Source: Phoronis australis (taxonomy: Eukaryota; Animalia; Phoronida). From it: a stretch of DNA of 64,000 nucleotides. The translations under genes were made by a program, and so were the position numbers. The DNA lies in NCBI GenBank assembly GCA_002633005.1, contig NMRA01000233.1, positions 62,001-126,000 of the forward strand. Direction: 5' to 3'. The first letter of the stretch is position 1, and each line of letters opens with the position of its first letter. A model generated the notes under the pieces. It was not told where the DNA came from and did no database searches. It saw nothing but the letters and a program-made list of their open reading frames with translations. This document shows, one piece after another, positions 40,001 to 53,340 of the stretch.

Positions 40001-42714
40001 AATAAGGGCCTTTCTAGAAGAAAATCTCAACCTGGTTGGCTCTTACTTATGCCATTTTTGCTGTATGTGTTTTTCTCACAGAGTAATTTCCTCCATTTGG
40101 TGAGTCAAATATAAGGTGAATTTAATGACACACCATCGAGTACTCACAATAAATTGAACATTTTCGACCATGTGTGCTTTTGACTTGTACTATTCTCATG
40201 TGTCTAGACTTTGGTTTTTGAAATTTACTGCCAAGTCATTTTGTGAATGGTATTTCATACTATTTACTGTGTCCATAAATTAGCTTCAGTTAATCTGAAA
40301 ATCACTTTCTCTTGCCCTTGGAACTGATTATTTGACACTAATAACTCATCATTGCCATGCTCGTTTGTTGTTACTTGCATTTCAAAATTGAACTGTATCA
40401 ATTTTCTGTCAAAGTACAAATTTCTGGGCGTATTCATTAGGTTGGTTGGAGCCCCAATGCCAACTTGTTTGTATCGGGCTCCACAGATGGCACTATCAAG
40501 ATCTGGGACGGCGTTAGCAACAAGTGCGTGAACAGCTTTAAGAAAGCCCACGACAACGAAGCGATATGCTCGACAGTGTTTACACGCAACTCAAAGGTAT
40601 TATTCACTGAATGGTTGTTATGCTTTGGTGAGACAGGTTTTCACTGAGTTTGAAGATCTTTTAGTGGCTTGGAATTTCATTTTCTTTTTCGGAATGTCCC
40701 AAGAGTTACCACCAGATGGTTCTGTTGTGGTTGCCATTTCATACATTTGAATATTGATGTGTTGTGATCAAGGCAGTATAGTAAGGCTAAGAATTGAAAG
40801 TTTTGGTGCTTTAAATATGTGCCTTGGAGAGTGCAGGCTTCAAAGATATGGTGTCCGCTCTTGTTGGTGATTGATTGTCCATGTTTTCAACTCACCATAG
40901 AAAACTAGGATAATGACAAAAAAGTTTCATGCTTGGATATTTCATGGTAAAGGAATAAAGAGTAAAACTCTTGGAAAACTGAATGGATAATGAAAAGAGG
41001 AGAAAACATTCGTGGGAAATTGACATGGAGAATGTAAAAGAGTGTGTAAAAACTCTTGGAAAATGAAAAACAGTGTAAAAAATCAAAGGAAAATTGCCCA
41101 ATGGTTACTTTTTGTGGGAAAATAACTTGTGGAAAATGAAAACATAACAGACGGAACCATACAAAATTCTCCTGCACATGTCCCCATTTTTTTGAAAAAT
41201 TTTTCCATGATCGCAGTCCAAGTTATACGATCTTGTGTCTGTTCTGTGTCTAATGGCCGGTACTTGTAGTATTCTAATAGTTTTCACTTATTAAAACGAA
41301 CACGATGAATTACAGCAAAGCTCATATCCCATTTGAAGTATTATGCTCTATGGAACTCTTGTTTCAGTACATTCTGTCCTCTGGCAAGGACTCTATTGTT
41401 AAGTTGTGGGAGCTGTCAACATCACGCTGTCTCATAGCTTATACAGGTGCAGGGGCCACAGGGAAAATGGAGCATAGATCTAATGCAGTATTCAATCACA
41501 CTGAGGACTTTGGTGAGTATAGTACATGCAGAGGTAAAACTTTTTGCAAATGTATTTAGACTTGTAGCCGTGTTCTTGGGTAGATATTTTAGAGGTGTTA
41601 TCCTTAGAATTAATAGCTTTAGTGGACTTGGTTGTACAATATTTTTTGAGCTGCTCAGTTTTAAACACCACTGAATTGTAGTTACTGTTTCATCTTACGT
41701 GTATTTTTGTTTGTAGCTGATGCTGTTTGAGTGAAAATTAATCATGTTTTGTGAAGGCTATCAGATGTTATATTTTATCGTGCAACTGACTCATTTACGG
41801 AGAGCGAAAATCAACATGTTGGCATTCCAGAGCATAGATTTGTAGGATATGAGTCCCCTAATCCAGACTCCAGGTGAATTTCTGCTCGATAAACTGGCAG
41901 TTGCTTTTGGATAGATGTTACCTGTTCATGTGTATGTATAAGCTGAACTTCTGGCTGCTTGAGGTTCTTTAATAATGAAGCGATCTCTAGAGATCGTGTA
42001 TCTGCAACTGCTGGTGGTACTAGTCCAACTGAGTCCTATCCCAGAAGCCTTTGTATGTATGATCTCTCTTGGCATCGGTGAAAATGCCAATGTACCGGTG
42101 CTATATCGGAAAGTCTGCCATTGCCTCTTATTTCAGTGTTGTTTCCTGATGAAAAGACAGTAAGCCTCTGCTGCTGGGACTCGCGAAATGCTGATAGACA
42201 GAAATTGTTGGCCTTGGGTAAATATCGTTTTATTTTTTGGCTTGCGTGTCATTGGTTTAGCTCCATTTTCTGAACTTTGTTTCTGTATGATTATAATTTG
42301 GTATTCCCCGTTATATGTCAAACTTGAAGTCTAGAAACCAGAACTTTTCTCTGACTGACTCTGCCATCCTTGTCGTAACATACATGCACGTAATATGTTA
42401 ATTTTGTCCACTTTTGGATCAGTTTAGGACTTAATGTAAGCAGAAAACTGTATAAACCTTTAGTCAATTGTGAAGTGAGAGCGTAAGACCAATTTTCCAT
42501 CTTAAGTTTTTAAAACATTTTTGCTCTTTTATAAAAACACTTACGAACGTCTTAGCTACAAGCAGACTTACAACCTTACTTTTTATTTGGTTGTATTACA
42601 GGCCACCAGGGAGCAGTCCGAGCCATTGCACATTCCCCTACGGGTCCAGCATTCATCACGTGCAGTGACGATTTTCGTGCGCGTTTCTGGTACAGACGAG
42701 CCGTTACGATATAG
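31099..42714 (+). CDS. CSTF1: Cleavage stimulation factor subunit 1 (CstF-50, WD40), about 434 aa, 13 coding exons
   Basis: Exons 31099-31169, 32666-32793, 33438-33512, 34365-34457, 34620-34660, 35254-35376, 36686-36808, 37768-37843, 39113-39192, 40441-40596, 41368-41512, 42137-42217 and 42602-42714 are in frame. Motifs [66 protein letters not shown] and [18 protein letters not shown] at 43692. Confidence 0.97.
31491..31690 (+). repeat. Degraded copy of the interspersed repeat at 53341 and 61689
   Basis: caaagctg...gatgtggataaa...aaaattggtgtcattaaaaact...ctaaagttgtgga matches the 5' part of the other two copies. Confidence 0.6.
33348..33465 (+). repeat. 43-bp tandem triplication spanning the CSTF1 exon 3 acceptor
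   Basis: The unit gtagaataccaac...gtcttaattctgagtctgatctt starts at 33348, 33391 and 33434. Only the third copy continues into the coding exon. Confidence 0.9.
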
Positions 42715-45059
42715 ACTGTGTTGAAGTGAATTGCCCTCTGGTGGATTTGTTTCAATATCGTGGTGCGCAGAATTACTGTATATAAAGTGTAGTGAACTGA
42801 ATGAAGGTTAGTGAAGATGCATACTGCATACTACACTCTTATTTGACAAGTTCTTTTAAAAATATGAGATTGTTTGGAGGCATTGAAGCTTCATAAACCA
42901 GCTTTTGGCAGGTCAAACCAGATTATTGAACCTGTTCCCGAGCAAGAACGAATGGTGAGCTCTTCCCAACTGCAGAAGCAGCTCGTAATGTGAGTAAAGA
43001 ACAAGTTGAGACCAGTTTTGAACTGTAAATCGCCAAAATCAACAGGTGGTGCATTTATGTCAGTAATAACTGTAGTGATGACACTTAATGAATGCCAGTG
43101 GGGATGAGAAATAAGATTGCTGCTAGACGTACAGACACTTTCAACTGCTGCGTGAGAGTCACCAAGAAAATTGTTATGCGGCATCAGGAAGTCTTCAACA
43201 GTTGCTGAAGTATTTTTACATGTCACTTCCAACATGTTATGCAGTAGAACTACTTTCCACAACTCTGTGTCACCTACAAGACTTACTCACCATCATTCCA
43301 TGTAAAACTGCCCACCAGTAATTTACTGCTCTTGTCATGGAAACTCTCAATGGGAGACTTTCGGGTTGCAACGTGACGACCGATCACGTGGAACCAAATA
43401 CTAGTGACCTCTAGAGAACAAGGAGGCAATTTCCCTTTTGTTTAAAACATACACTGTAAAAGGATCCGTTTCCAAAGTCAAGCGTGTTCCCTTACTGCAC
43501 CCACTGCTAGGAAGAAGTACCTCATGGCACAGCCAGGTGGCAATAAGATTCAACAGCCCCTCGTGATTGGCCCTAATTCCATCCTGAAAATCTCCCATAA
43601 CTTGGAACAAAGAATGCTCGGGTCATTTTAACTACTGGATGAAATGCGTCATTCAAAGCCTTGTTCAATTTAGACTTGAGTTGTTGTTGATAATAAATTT
43701 TGCAATTAAAGTGCTTGTTAATTTTGTAAAACATTCTGGTACACATCAAATGTCTTTATTTTTCATAAGCTGAACCAAAAACCACGTAATCCCAACATGA
43801 AAAGTTATGCTTTCAAAATAATAGCGTGCAAAAATTGCAATACATTTGTATATTTCCAAGAACGTAGAAAATATATCTGAAACTAAATAAGGCGATCCAG
43901 ATCCTCCCAAACTGAATACAATAGAACCTCATGGATTGAACATAAAAACTTAAAATATGTCATTGAATTTTTTACGCAAAAATGTATCATTTTCATTACA
44001 CCATATCTTATATGTCAATTGTCATTTCGTGTTTGATTTTACTTTATTTCTGTTTTTGTTGATAAAGGAAGTTGTTACCTCCGAAAATTTCAAATTTCAG
44101 TTGATCCATTCTTGTTGTTTTATTTACCGATTTATATTCTATATTTCCAAGCTAATAAAAGTGTAAATTCTAATCTTTAATATCAGCCTAACCTCATCTG
44201 TAATATGACCATATATAATAAACCAAATTGTAAATATATTTTAAAAATATCACAAGGCAAACAAAATTCTTTTCAGAATTTTAGCGTACACATCACCTAA
44301 TACATAATAATTATCTTTAAAACTTACTCATAATAAAAATCAGGTGCAAGACTCTCGTCGCCTAATACATCACAATTAAAACTTACTGATAATAAAAATT
44401 AGGTGCACAACATTGCACTAGTTTTTACATATCACTTGTATGACATAAAGCAATTCATAACAAATCACCAGATGCTTACAGAAAATGTCAAAATTGATGA
44501 TAAATATTGCAGAATCGAATTTCGTAACCTGTCGACATTGCATAAAGATGGACTTGACTGAAAGAATTTAAGTGAGTGGGGTGAAATCTCGTCTTATCTG
44601 AAGGGTCCAATTCACAAAGTGCAACATCTTTGATACGGAATTTTGTTGGAGTTGTGAAAGTGACAAAAAATTCAACTTGCATGTGTCTTAACTTTTGCGA
44701 GTTATTTTCAACCTATATTAACTCCAGACCCTGAGCCAAAATTGCATGTTCATCATATATAAATAAACACCAAGGGCGAACACTTATCTGTTTTTGTCAA
44801 CACATGGCAATTCTTCACTTATTTCAGACAAAACTGTACTTTTCCATTTTTACTTTGCTACAGTTAATGGAAACTTTACCGAAAGTTATTTCATGATACA
44901 CACCACACCTAGCAATAGACTAATTTTTTCTTGGGTGGAGAAACTTGACACAATGGAATTTACTTGTCGGCCATATTGTGTGCCAAATAATTGAAGATTT
45001 GGCACAACAAGACTAGTATGATTGTATGAAGATATGTACACGTGCATCAAATAATTGCA

Positions 45060-48000
45060 TTAAATTCTCTGGTTCTTTGCCTCTATGCCTTCAAACAGCT
45101 TTCCGAGTCCCTCAGTAGCCAGTGCCTTTGTTTTCATCTCCACTTGCTCTTCAAACGACTGCGAATCTGTCGCCAGCACTCCCAGCAAGTTGTCCAGTTT
45201 GGTCAGATCGGGTAGCTTACCATCGAACTTGAACTGAAGAGGTTCAAACTTCATCGCCTGGAGTTCTGCGACCATCTGACCCTTGCTCGACTGACTCCGT
45301 AGAAAGGACACAAAGACCAACCGTGCAGGGTAGACTTCATCGTGGTAGTGGGTGTACAGCTCTGCAAACCTAAATCATAAGAAAGGTCATGTGAAAAGTG
45401 GAATGTTGAATAGCCATCCCTTGTTGTATTTCAGGGAGGATTTTTATCATGGCGTGGAAATTTCTGTGTAATCTTTTTTGTGCTTTTGCAACCATTCGTG
45501 GATTCAAATTCATTTAAATTAAATTAATTATGATGAGTTTTATTATAATTATTACTATTATTATGCATCTCACCGATAACAAAAACTGCAACTTAAATTA
45601 CTTTTCAACTTCAGCTCATGATATCGACGCAAATAATTAAATTTCCTGAAGAAAGTATTATTACCAACAGATAATGTGAAAAACCTTGCGAAACAATGCA
45701 GAGCAATTTTATTTTTTAAACATTTACTGTTCAAAAGTTTTTCATGTTGTTTGTTTTATGAAATTGTTAGTGTTTTGTGCAAACTGCGTACTGGCGCAAA
45801 AATAACATGCAAAAAATAGAAATGAAAGATCATTTTAAGCATAAACTGTAGATATTTACCTCATTCCGTTATCAGCGTTTGTATTTTCCTCTTCATCTGT
45901 GACAATCACGAACGTCTTCACCACCTCTTTGCTAGTGTAAAACGGCAGCAGGCTTGCCGCTGGGGAGGTGCATCCCTCCGCCTTGGTCGTCATGGCAAGC
46001 TCCATTACCTGTGAATCAAGTACTTCACATAGCAGGATATTCCCAAAATAAGACAGATAGCACGCACTTAAAAGTATTATGCATAAAAGAGCTACAGTAA
46101 TCAAAATCACGTTTTGTAAATAGTCTTTGTTAACATTCTGTTAATTATAGCCAATGTACAGTGATCCACCATATTAATATAATGTAACTGCAATTTTTTA
46201 TTCTCCTGGCTCTAAAATGTGTAAATTGATTACGACATAACGTAAGAAAGTCAAACAATGATAATCACAGTGTAATTATTTGAGTTATTGCCCACACTGA
46301 CCCACACTCGAAAAAGCAATCACTTTCAGTTGCATGTGCCAATAACTCCCATTTTCCACATTGATTTCAAATCCCCGTGTTTTTACCAAACCTGAATAGG
46401 CACAGTAATTCTATCACAAGTCATAACAATAATGGAAATAAATTAAAGCAAAAATAGTAAAATGTGTGCAAAAAAAACGCAAGATCGGATGCTACAGAAT
46501 CTAATACAATCATTGGTTGGAAATAAAAAGTATCTCTTGGTGTTTTTACTTTACTATGTCACCTTGTATGGCAGGTCACCCTTACCTGATCTATGTCCTT
46601 TGGGATGAAAGGTGCGTCATGGTTAGTACCATTGAAGAACACCAACTTGGCCTGCGTCACTGCCGTCAACAGACTGGCTATGATGGTGCTAGTGCGAATG
46701 GCTACTTGCATGGAACTGGACTTGTCGCCTATCACGACAACAGGGGGTTCCAGAGACAGCCTGTGGAAAAGGACATAATACACTTAATAGTTGCTAGAGA
46801 AATGATGGATGAATGAGTCACGTATATGTTTTTAACAGGAAAATGAAGGGGTCAGTTGCAATCTCCAGAATGTCTGCGAAAACCAGAGGATCGATAAGGG
46901 GCCAATGAAAGTTAAGACGCCAGTTTATCTGATGCAATAAAAAATTGCACATCATTTTTATTTCACAAAGTTAACGTATACTGCATTCAGAAAACAAACT
47001 TAAACCTTTCACCATTGGGATGTCTAAGATTGCTAATTCAAATAAAGAAAGCAGAACATGTTCTGAAAATGAAAGTTAGCGTCTTCTGCTGTCAGAATGG
47101 ATGTGTGGTGAGATGAATAGTGCCGCCGCACATCGTCAATGACCCTGTCTACGACAGGTAATTTGGAAGTAATTCACAATGTTATGAACAGATAAGAGAA
47201 TGGTACAGCAATCTTTCGTCAACATTTTAAACACCAACATCTTGTTTTCACTTACTTGATGTTTGAAACTGTTGCCAGTGGCAACAAATACTTGACAAAA
47301 TGACCATCTGGTGTTTCGCGTCGGCAGCGATTCTTCAGTAACATTATTCGCTCCACCAACTTCCCGTACGTCAAAGTTACCTCTTCACCAGACTCCAGAC
47401 GCTGACTGATGATGTCATCAACTTCCTTACAAGCAAGGTCTTCATAGTACCTTAATATTCAATAAAAAGATGACGAATATTGAGTAAAAGAGAACAAATC
47501 ATTCCTCTGCCAAGTTTTCATAATTACAGTACAAGACGAAAGTAATCAGAAAAAATATTGTTTTTTGGCATGACGGCTAACGCTGTGAACAGCAAAAATT
47601 GCTGGTAATAGCTATTTAATTATTCGAGGGGGAGGAGCAAAACAGCAATGACAAAAAAGCGCAGCCACCTAACTAGCTTTCTTATTAAATCCTTTTCACT
47701 CTTGGTCATGAGGGAAGACTACAGTGATGATGAATTCTGCATCCGCTCAGCCGTCATAACAGGAAATTCCAAGTCAGTTTGTTTCAAGTACTTTTGACTT
47801 GTACTGTCATCTCGCACTTGTTTTGAATGCTGACAGAGCTTGCTTCACTCTTCCAGACTGGTTGGCCAGACCTAAAACACGTTGGCCTGTGATGAATCAC
47901 AATGGCCGAACAAATCGTCAGCCAACTGGTTATATCACCGGCCATCGTGTTCTGGGTCCAGCCAACTAATTTTTTGGGTGGGGCTCCTGATTTTTCTGTG

Positions 48001-51000
48001 TTTATTTGATAGACCTTAAAATTGTTAAAATTGTTAAATTTGCAAATCTCACAGGTCACCATGAGGCAACTCCATCCGATAGATCATTCCGCAGTTTTTG
48101 TATTAATCTACTGACTGGCCCATCATAAAACTGTGGCTAACAAAAAGTATTCGCTCATTTCCACCGAAACCAATTACTTTGTCGAGCTAAGCTGAGCACA
48201 GCCTAACAATCGTTGATGACTTTCTGATAGTGGGGGTACCGTGAACTGCAGATAATGAGGTGCTGGAATCTTGCTCTGATCTCTACCAGCAGTGAGTGTT
48301 GAATGACACGAGATTTCACGCCCATACTCAAGGGGTAGATCAACCATTGGTCGGACTTCAAAATCACTTGCCCGAGCCAGTCCAAACCAGTCGGCTGGAC
48401 TGCAAAACTAAGTGGCCGGTGATCAAACGTGTTGTCCGTACTTCAAAACGCGATGACCTCACCCAAAAAATTAGTTGGATGGACCCAGAACACGATGGAC
48501 TGTGATATAACCAGTTGGCCGACGATTTGTTCGGCCATTGTGTTTCAGCACAGACCAACGTGTTTTAGGTCTGGCCAACCAGTTTTTTGGAGGTGGCCGT
48601 CTGGCAGGTACCGGCCATTGCGTTTTGAGGTTCGACCACGAACTTAGAACACCAGTCTGGCCAGCAGGTTATCAAGTCCGGACAAGTAGTTATGAATTCC
48701 GACCAATTCCCCCTTGATTCTCAGCTGATGGCCGAGTTGCTTAATGTATCGAGAAGTTTGTTTTCATATTTTCACTCCTTTGATGGACTAGCCAATTCAT
48801 ATCTGCACAACAAGATGTCTAGTTTATAGCCCCTGAAGTCTCTACTATAGCACATACGTCCACGTTTATTCGTTACTGACAATGAACGTAGTACATAAAA
48901 TTAATGATTATGACGTAAATCACTGCAGAAAAAAATCTCCAAAGCAGCAATACAATTTCTACATTGTTGTGAATATATTTCAAACTCACCAGAGCAGTGT
49001 ATTTACACTTTTTGTGTAGGTAGCGATCCTACTTTTGGATTCGAGGGTCAGACTGTTCCTGAAATCTCTCACTTTGAGGTAGGGTAAATCATAGGACTGA
49101 ACCAGCTCATTGACGTTATCCTTGTTGATATTCTTGCACTGAGCAACAATTGTGCCCTCTGGTGCTGGCTCTCCAAAGCAATACGGCAAAAACCACGGCA
49201 GATTAGGGAAATCCTAAATAATACAAACAAGCATGCTGTTAAAATTCAACCTTTTAATTCCCCTACTCTGAGGGAAAGGTCAGAAAGTTTTGGACCTGAC
49301 GAAGGGAATTTTGTGTGTATTGTCGTAATAGTCGCTTACCAGTTTGATTCCCACTATTTAAGAGACAATTAAAAACTTGTTATCAAAATGCAGGATCTCT
49401 GTATGAGAATATTACCAAAAATATCCCCCCCCCCAAAATCATAGACACCCGCAAGTGACTATTGCTGAACTTTTAAATACTATCAGTATAGAATATGGGG
49501 CTGGTATTCAGCACCAAAATCGAGACACTGAGATACATATAGTTGTTCTCTCTTAAATTTCAAATACTTCCCCAGTTGTTGCCCTATAGTATAGTTGAAC
49601 CTTATGTCATCTTCATTTTCTTCAACAGACTACTTAGCACGACAGTAATAGTATTATCACATGTGCAGATTTAGGGCGGAAAGAGAGACCCCATGACACA
49701 TGACTACAAAAAAAAAACAAATGTCACAGAAACATAGTTTTTAGGGGATTTGCAAACATCCTTTCTTTGATTATAGTTTTTGCCCCCCCCCTTGAGACAT
49801 CCTAAATATGTCACACAGTGCAATAACACAAAAGAATAATTTCTCATCATTAATGTAATTTTGAAGCTAAATACCTGAATAAATATTTAGCACTGAGAAT
49901 TAAGTGTTAATTGATAGGGAGGGCCACCAAGTCAGAAGAGTCAGTTTGCCCCATCAAGTACTCTGTGTAGCGGGCCCCATCACCCACTTATGCCACTGCA
50001 CCATGCTAATACATACCCTTTTTGGACTGAAGTGGCAAATATCAGCCAACTTGCACCATGCATCTGTAGGAAAATGAAGCGCAAAGAATTCCAGATCCTC
50101 GGCAGTGAACTTGCGCACCCATCTCTGAATATGGCGACAGAGGGCACCGCTGGCAGAGCCCATCTAAATATGAATTTGATAAGAGCTTGAAGAAACCATG
50201 ACTCAGCTAAACCAGTAATCATAATCAAATTAATTTATGTAAATGGGGATGAAAAACCAGGGAATGCCACTCACCTTGAAAATGTTGCTGGCTAAATATT
50301 CTCAGTTTTAAAGTCGTAGAACTTAATTGACATCTAAAGCAAAATTTGCAATGACAGAGTTGCCGTAAAATTTGCACCCTGGATTTACTAATTCATCTAG
50401 TACCGAGAAACTGCATGGTCTCTTTGACAGTTGTTTTTGTGGAAATCAAAAAGGAAAATTTATGTTTATGGAAAAAACGTAATGTACAACAGTAAAAACA
50501 ATACCTTAGTTTTCAATGCCGTTGTATTGTTAAGGTTCTTCTTCACTTTGGCCATTGTCTGCGCTTTAGGCTTTGTTGGTTGCAACTGCAGACGTTTCAT
50601 TTGCCTCTCCCAAATTCTGCTCATTCGCCCTGAGTCCAGCAGAGTTAACGCTTTAAACACCTCAGTGAACTTGAACTGGTCCTTAGTATCCAACAATACA
50701 GTGGTCAAGTTGTGATCGTGCCTAGCCCAGGCCACTGCCAGTATGTTGGTTTTGGCACCTAAAAATAAATCAGTGTTCACAGTTTATAGAAACTAGTAGC
50801 ACCAGAAATATAAGATGTTGAGGCAAAAACGCTTTGCTAGTATGGCTTAATCAATAGATGCTACATCACATTTCCCAACCTGCAATTGTTAATGCCTCTG
50901 GGATTAGGTCACTAACCACAGTGCCTGAACTTTTACGATCAGCTTCTTTAGTTGGTAGATTACAGCTGGTTGTCAGAGATTACTGTTGTAGGTTCATGGC

Positions 51001-51814
51001 AACATTCTTTCCAGACCATTTTATAAACTTCGGACCACAAAAACTAAATCCATTATTGCAATGGGCAACAAAAATTGGTTTACTACAACAAAAGAAAAGA
51101 GGAATAATGCGCATTGCAACTGCTGTTCCTTTATTGGTAGACTCCACCTACATTGTACAACCTGCTTGAGTGGCAACAGTCTTTTCTCCACATTACACAA
51201 GCCCAAGGCCCATAATGACATTTCAGTGAAGTCACTACTAATATAATATTCTTTTGCTTCACACAAAGAAAATCAGATCAGCATTTCAGATGTGGGCTAG
51301 CGGTTAATTCTTGTACTTTTTTGAAAATTAGACCAAGGAACAGTGGCACAGGATTAGGATTTTAAAGGTCACATAGTAATATATTAGTGAGATAATTCGT
51401 CTGTACCATTTGATTGTTGTCATGGCAACACTTCCAACATATTCATGGCACAGGTGGCATTCTTAAAAAGTTAACAGAGCAGATGCTACACAATGAGTCT
51501 TTCACACTAAATGCACAACAGACATAATAATGGATCTTACTGTTTGAAAGCGCCACACCATTTTCCATCAGAACCGAGATGGTGGCCACATAACGGTCAA
51601 AATCATTTTCTTGTGCATTAAAGTGTTGCTCAAACGTAGAGCTTCCTGTGAAGAGGCTTTTGACGTCATCACCAAGCTCCACACAGGTATTGTCTGCACC
51701 TTTGACGTCACTGTTCTGGTGACTGCCTTGGTTACCACGGCGACCACCCCTGCCTCGGCCCCCATGGCGACCACCTTGCCCGCGGCCTCTTCTACCTCGC
51801 CCTCGTCCACGCAT
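45060..51814 (-). CDS. Uncharacterised RGG-box + TROVE-like + vWA (MIDAS) protein, Ro60/TEP1-related, about 575 aa, 8 coding exons
   Basis: Exons 51814-51541, 50758-50505, 50163-50017, 49213-48990, 47450-47256, 46760-46586, 46008-45860 and 45369-45060 are all GT-AG and in frame. N-terminus MRGRGRGRRGRGQGGRHGGRGRGGRRG; TROVE-like SGALCRHIQRW...WCKLADICHFSP; vWA motifs VVVIGDKSSSM, GCTSPA and TFVIVTDEEEN. Confidence 0.85.
47857..48583. repeat. Intronic inverted repeat with 124-bp arms
   Basis: 47857-47980 is the reverse complement of 48460-48583 with few mismatches. The ORF track shows the same peptide, PKKLVGWTQNTM..ITSW, on both strands. Confidence 0.9.
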
Positions 51815-53188
51815 TGTTATGATTAAGAAGAGGTGTCAAAAATGGACAAAAGTGCTATCAAACCTAAAAATAAATGAAATTTATTATACCAAAAGTAATT
51901 TTTGCACATTTGTAACTCTAAAAATGAAATGTCAGCAAAGTAGGTAGACACCAAGGATCCTAAATATTTACTCCCAATTAATGCTAAAAAGACTAGCAAC
52001 AGTACAAAAATCACGGCAATATAATAGCCTTTTCTGCAAAGCTGTAGGTCTACTGTAGGCCTGAGTAAGCTTCATACATTTAGCTGGCTGCCTAGGCAAT
52101 ACATTACCTGCGTTGGCTGTTTCTTATTCCTTATCAATTTCCAAGTGAACCAGTCCCAGGCTTCCACTTAGGTTAAATAAGGCCCTCATCGATTCTTGCA
52201 CCCGCTTACATCAGCACTTCGCCTTCGTCGGTATGGTCATCTGATTGATTTGCACAACGCCATGAAAACATCCTCATTACACAGTGGGAATTCCATAACT
52301 TCGCGATAAACAAAATAATTCTTCTAGTGAATAGTTTAAGTCAATATTTTCAAATTGCATTTCGGCATATTATACACTGAAAGTATAACGGTATTTTAAA
52401 AGTTGGCGGTGAATGCACACAGATAGTCCAAAAACGGAGCACATGTACTTTGATTACAAGAGTATATGGTGTATTAATACTCAAATATAGTTTGTCTAAA
52501 AATAGAAACTCGATGCATTTGGGTATTACCTCGTCCTTTCATCAGAATATTTTGGCTTAGATCGGCAGAAATACAAACCGCTACCATTTAGATAACGCCC
52601 CATAAAGATCTCGTTTGGTCCAAACTCTTTCAAACAAGACTAAACAGTAAAAAAAACAAGGTCACCTGATTTCCTACCGTCAGGAGGTGCTGTTAAATTT
52701 TTGAAAACGAGACAGTAGCCGCTTGAACCCTGTGAATGTGAACAACAATCCTGTTAGAACACGGACATGTGTTTGCAGTGGTTTTAGGCATTGTTCTACT
52801 TTATTGGTGATGTTTAGGAACATGTGAAGGTCTTCTTGTTTAGAGTGTCCATTTGTAGCCACGTCTCTTTTCTTTAAATGGACGTTGAGTGACCGTGAAC
52901 GGTGAGTTATTTTGCGCAGTGCCATGTCTTGACTTCTTTCTGCCTGTTTATCCTGGTTGGAAAATTACGTCGGCTGTGGATGCCGCGGTCTTGCACAGGC
53001 GATCGTATGCCACTATAAAAAGTTACCTCATTTCAATGTGAAGCAAACACATGGAATAAAACTTGCATATATACGCATTGGGTTATAATTAACAGATACC
53101 ATGACTTCGGAGACAAAAGTGAATTTCAACAATGAAAATCTGTTGAGGTTCATTCCAGCTTCCCTCGCCAGATGCCATTTTGAGAAGG

Positions 53189-53315
53189 GGCACTGGTCGG
53201 ATATAGCGTTCCCCGATTTAGAGAACCAGGCAATCGCTGATTAATGCCTAACGGCTGTTGTTTAGTGGATGAAACTGGTTCTCCAAATTAGGGACGGATA
53301 TATCCAACCAGTGCC
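53189..53315. repeat. 127-bp fold-back element (MITE-like or structured RNA)
   Basis: ggcactggtcggatatagcgttccccgatttagagaaccag pairs with ctggttctccaaattagggacggatatatccaaccagtgcc (~41-bp imperfect stem). Confidence 0.8.
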
Positions 53316-53340
53316 TTGACAGAGTTACGCAAACTCATGC

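Noticed and set aside
51021-51266. ORF that could be an extra exon of the TROVE-vWA gene
   Set aside because: Exons 51541 and 50758 already join in phase and the peptide shows no family-like features.
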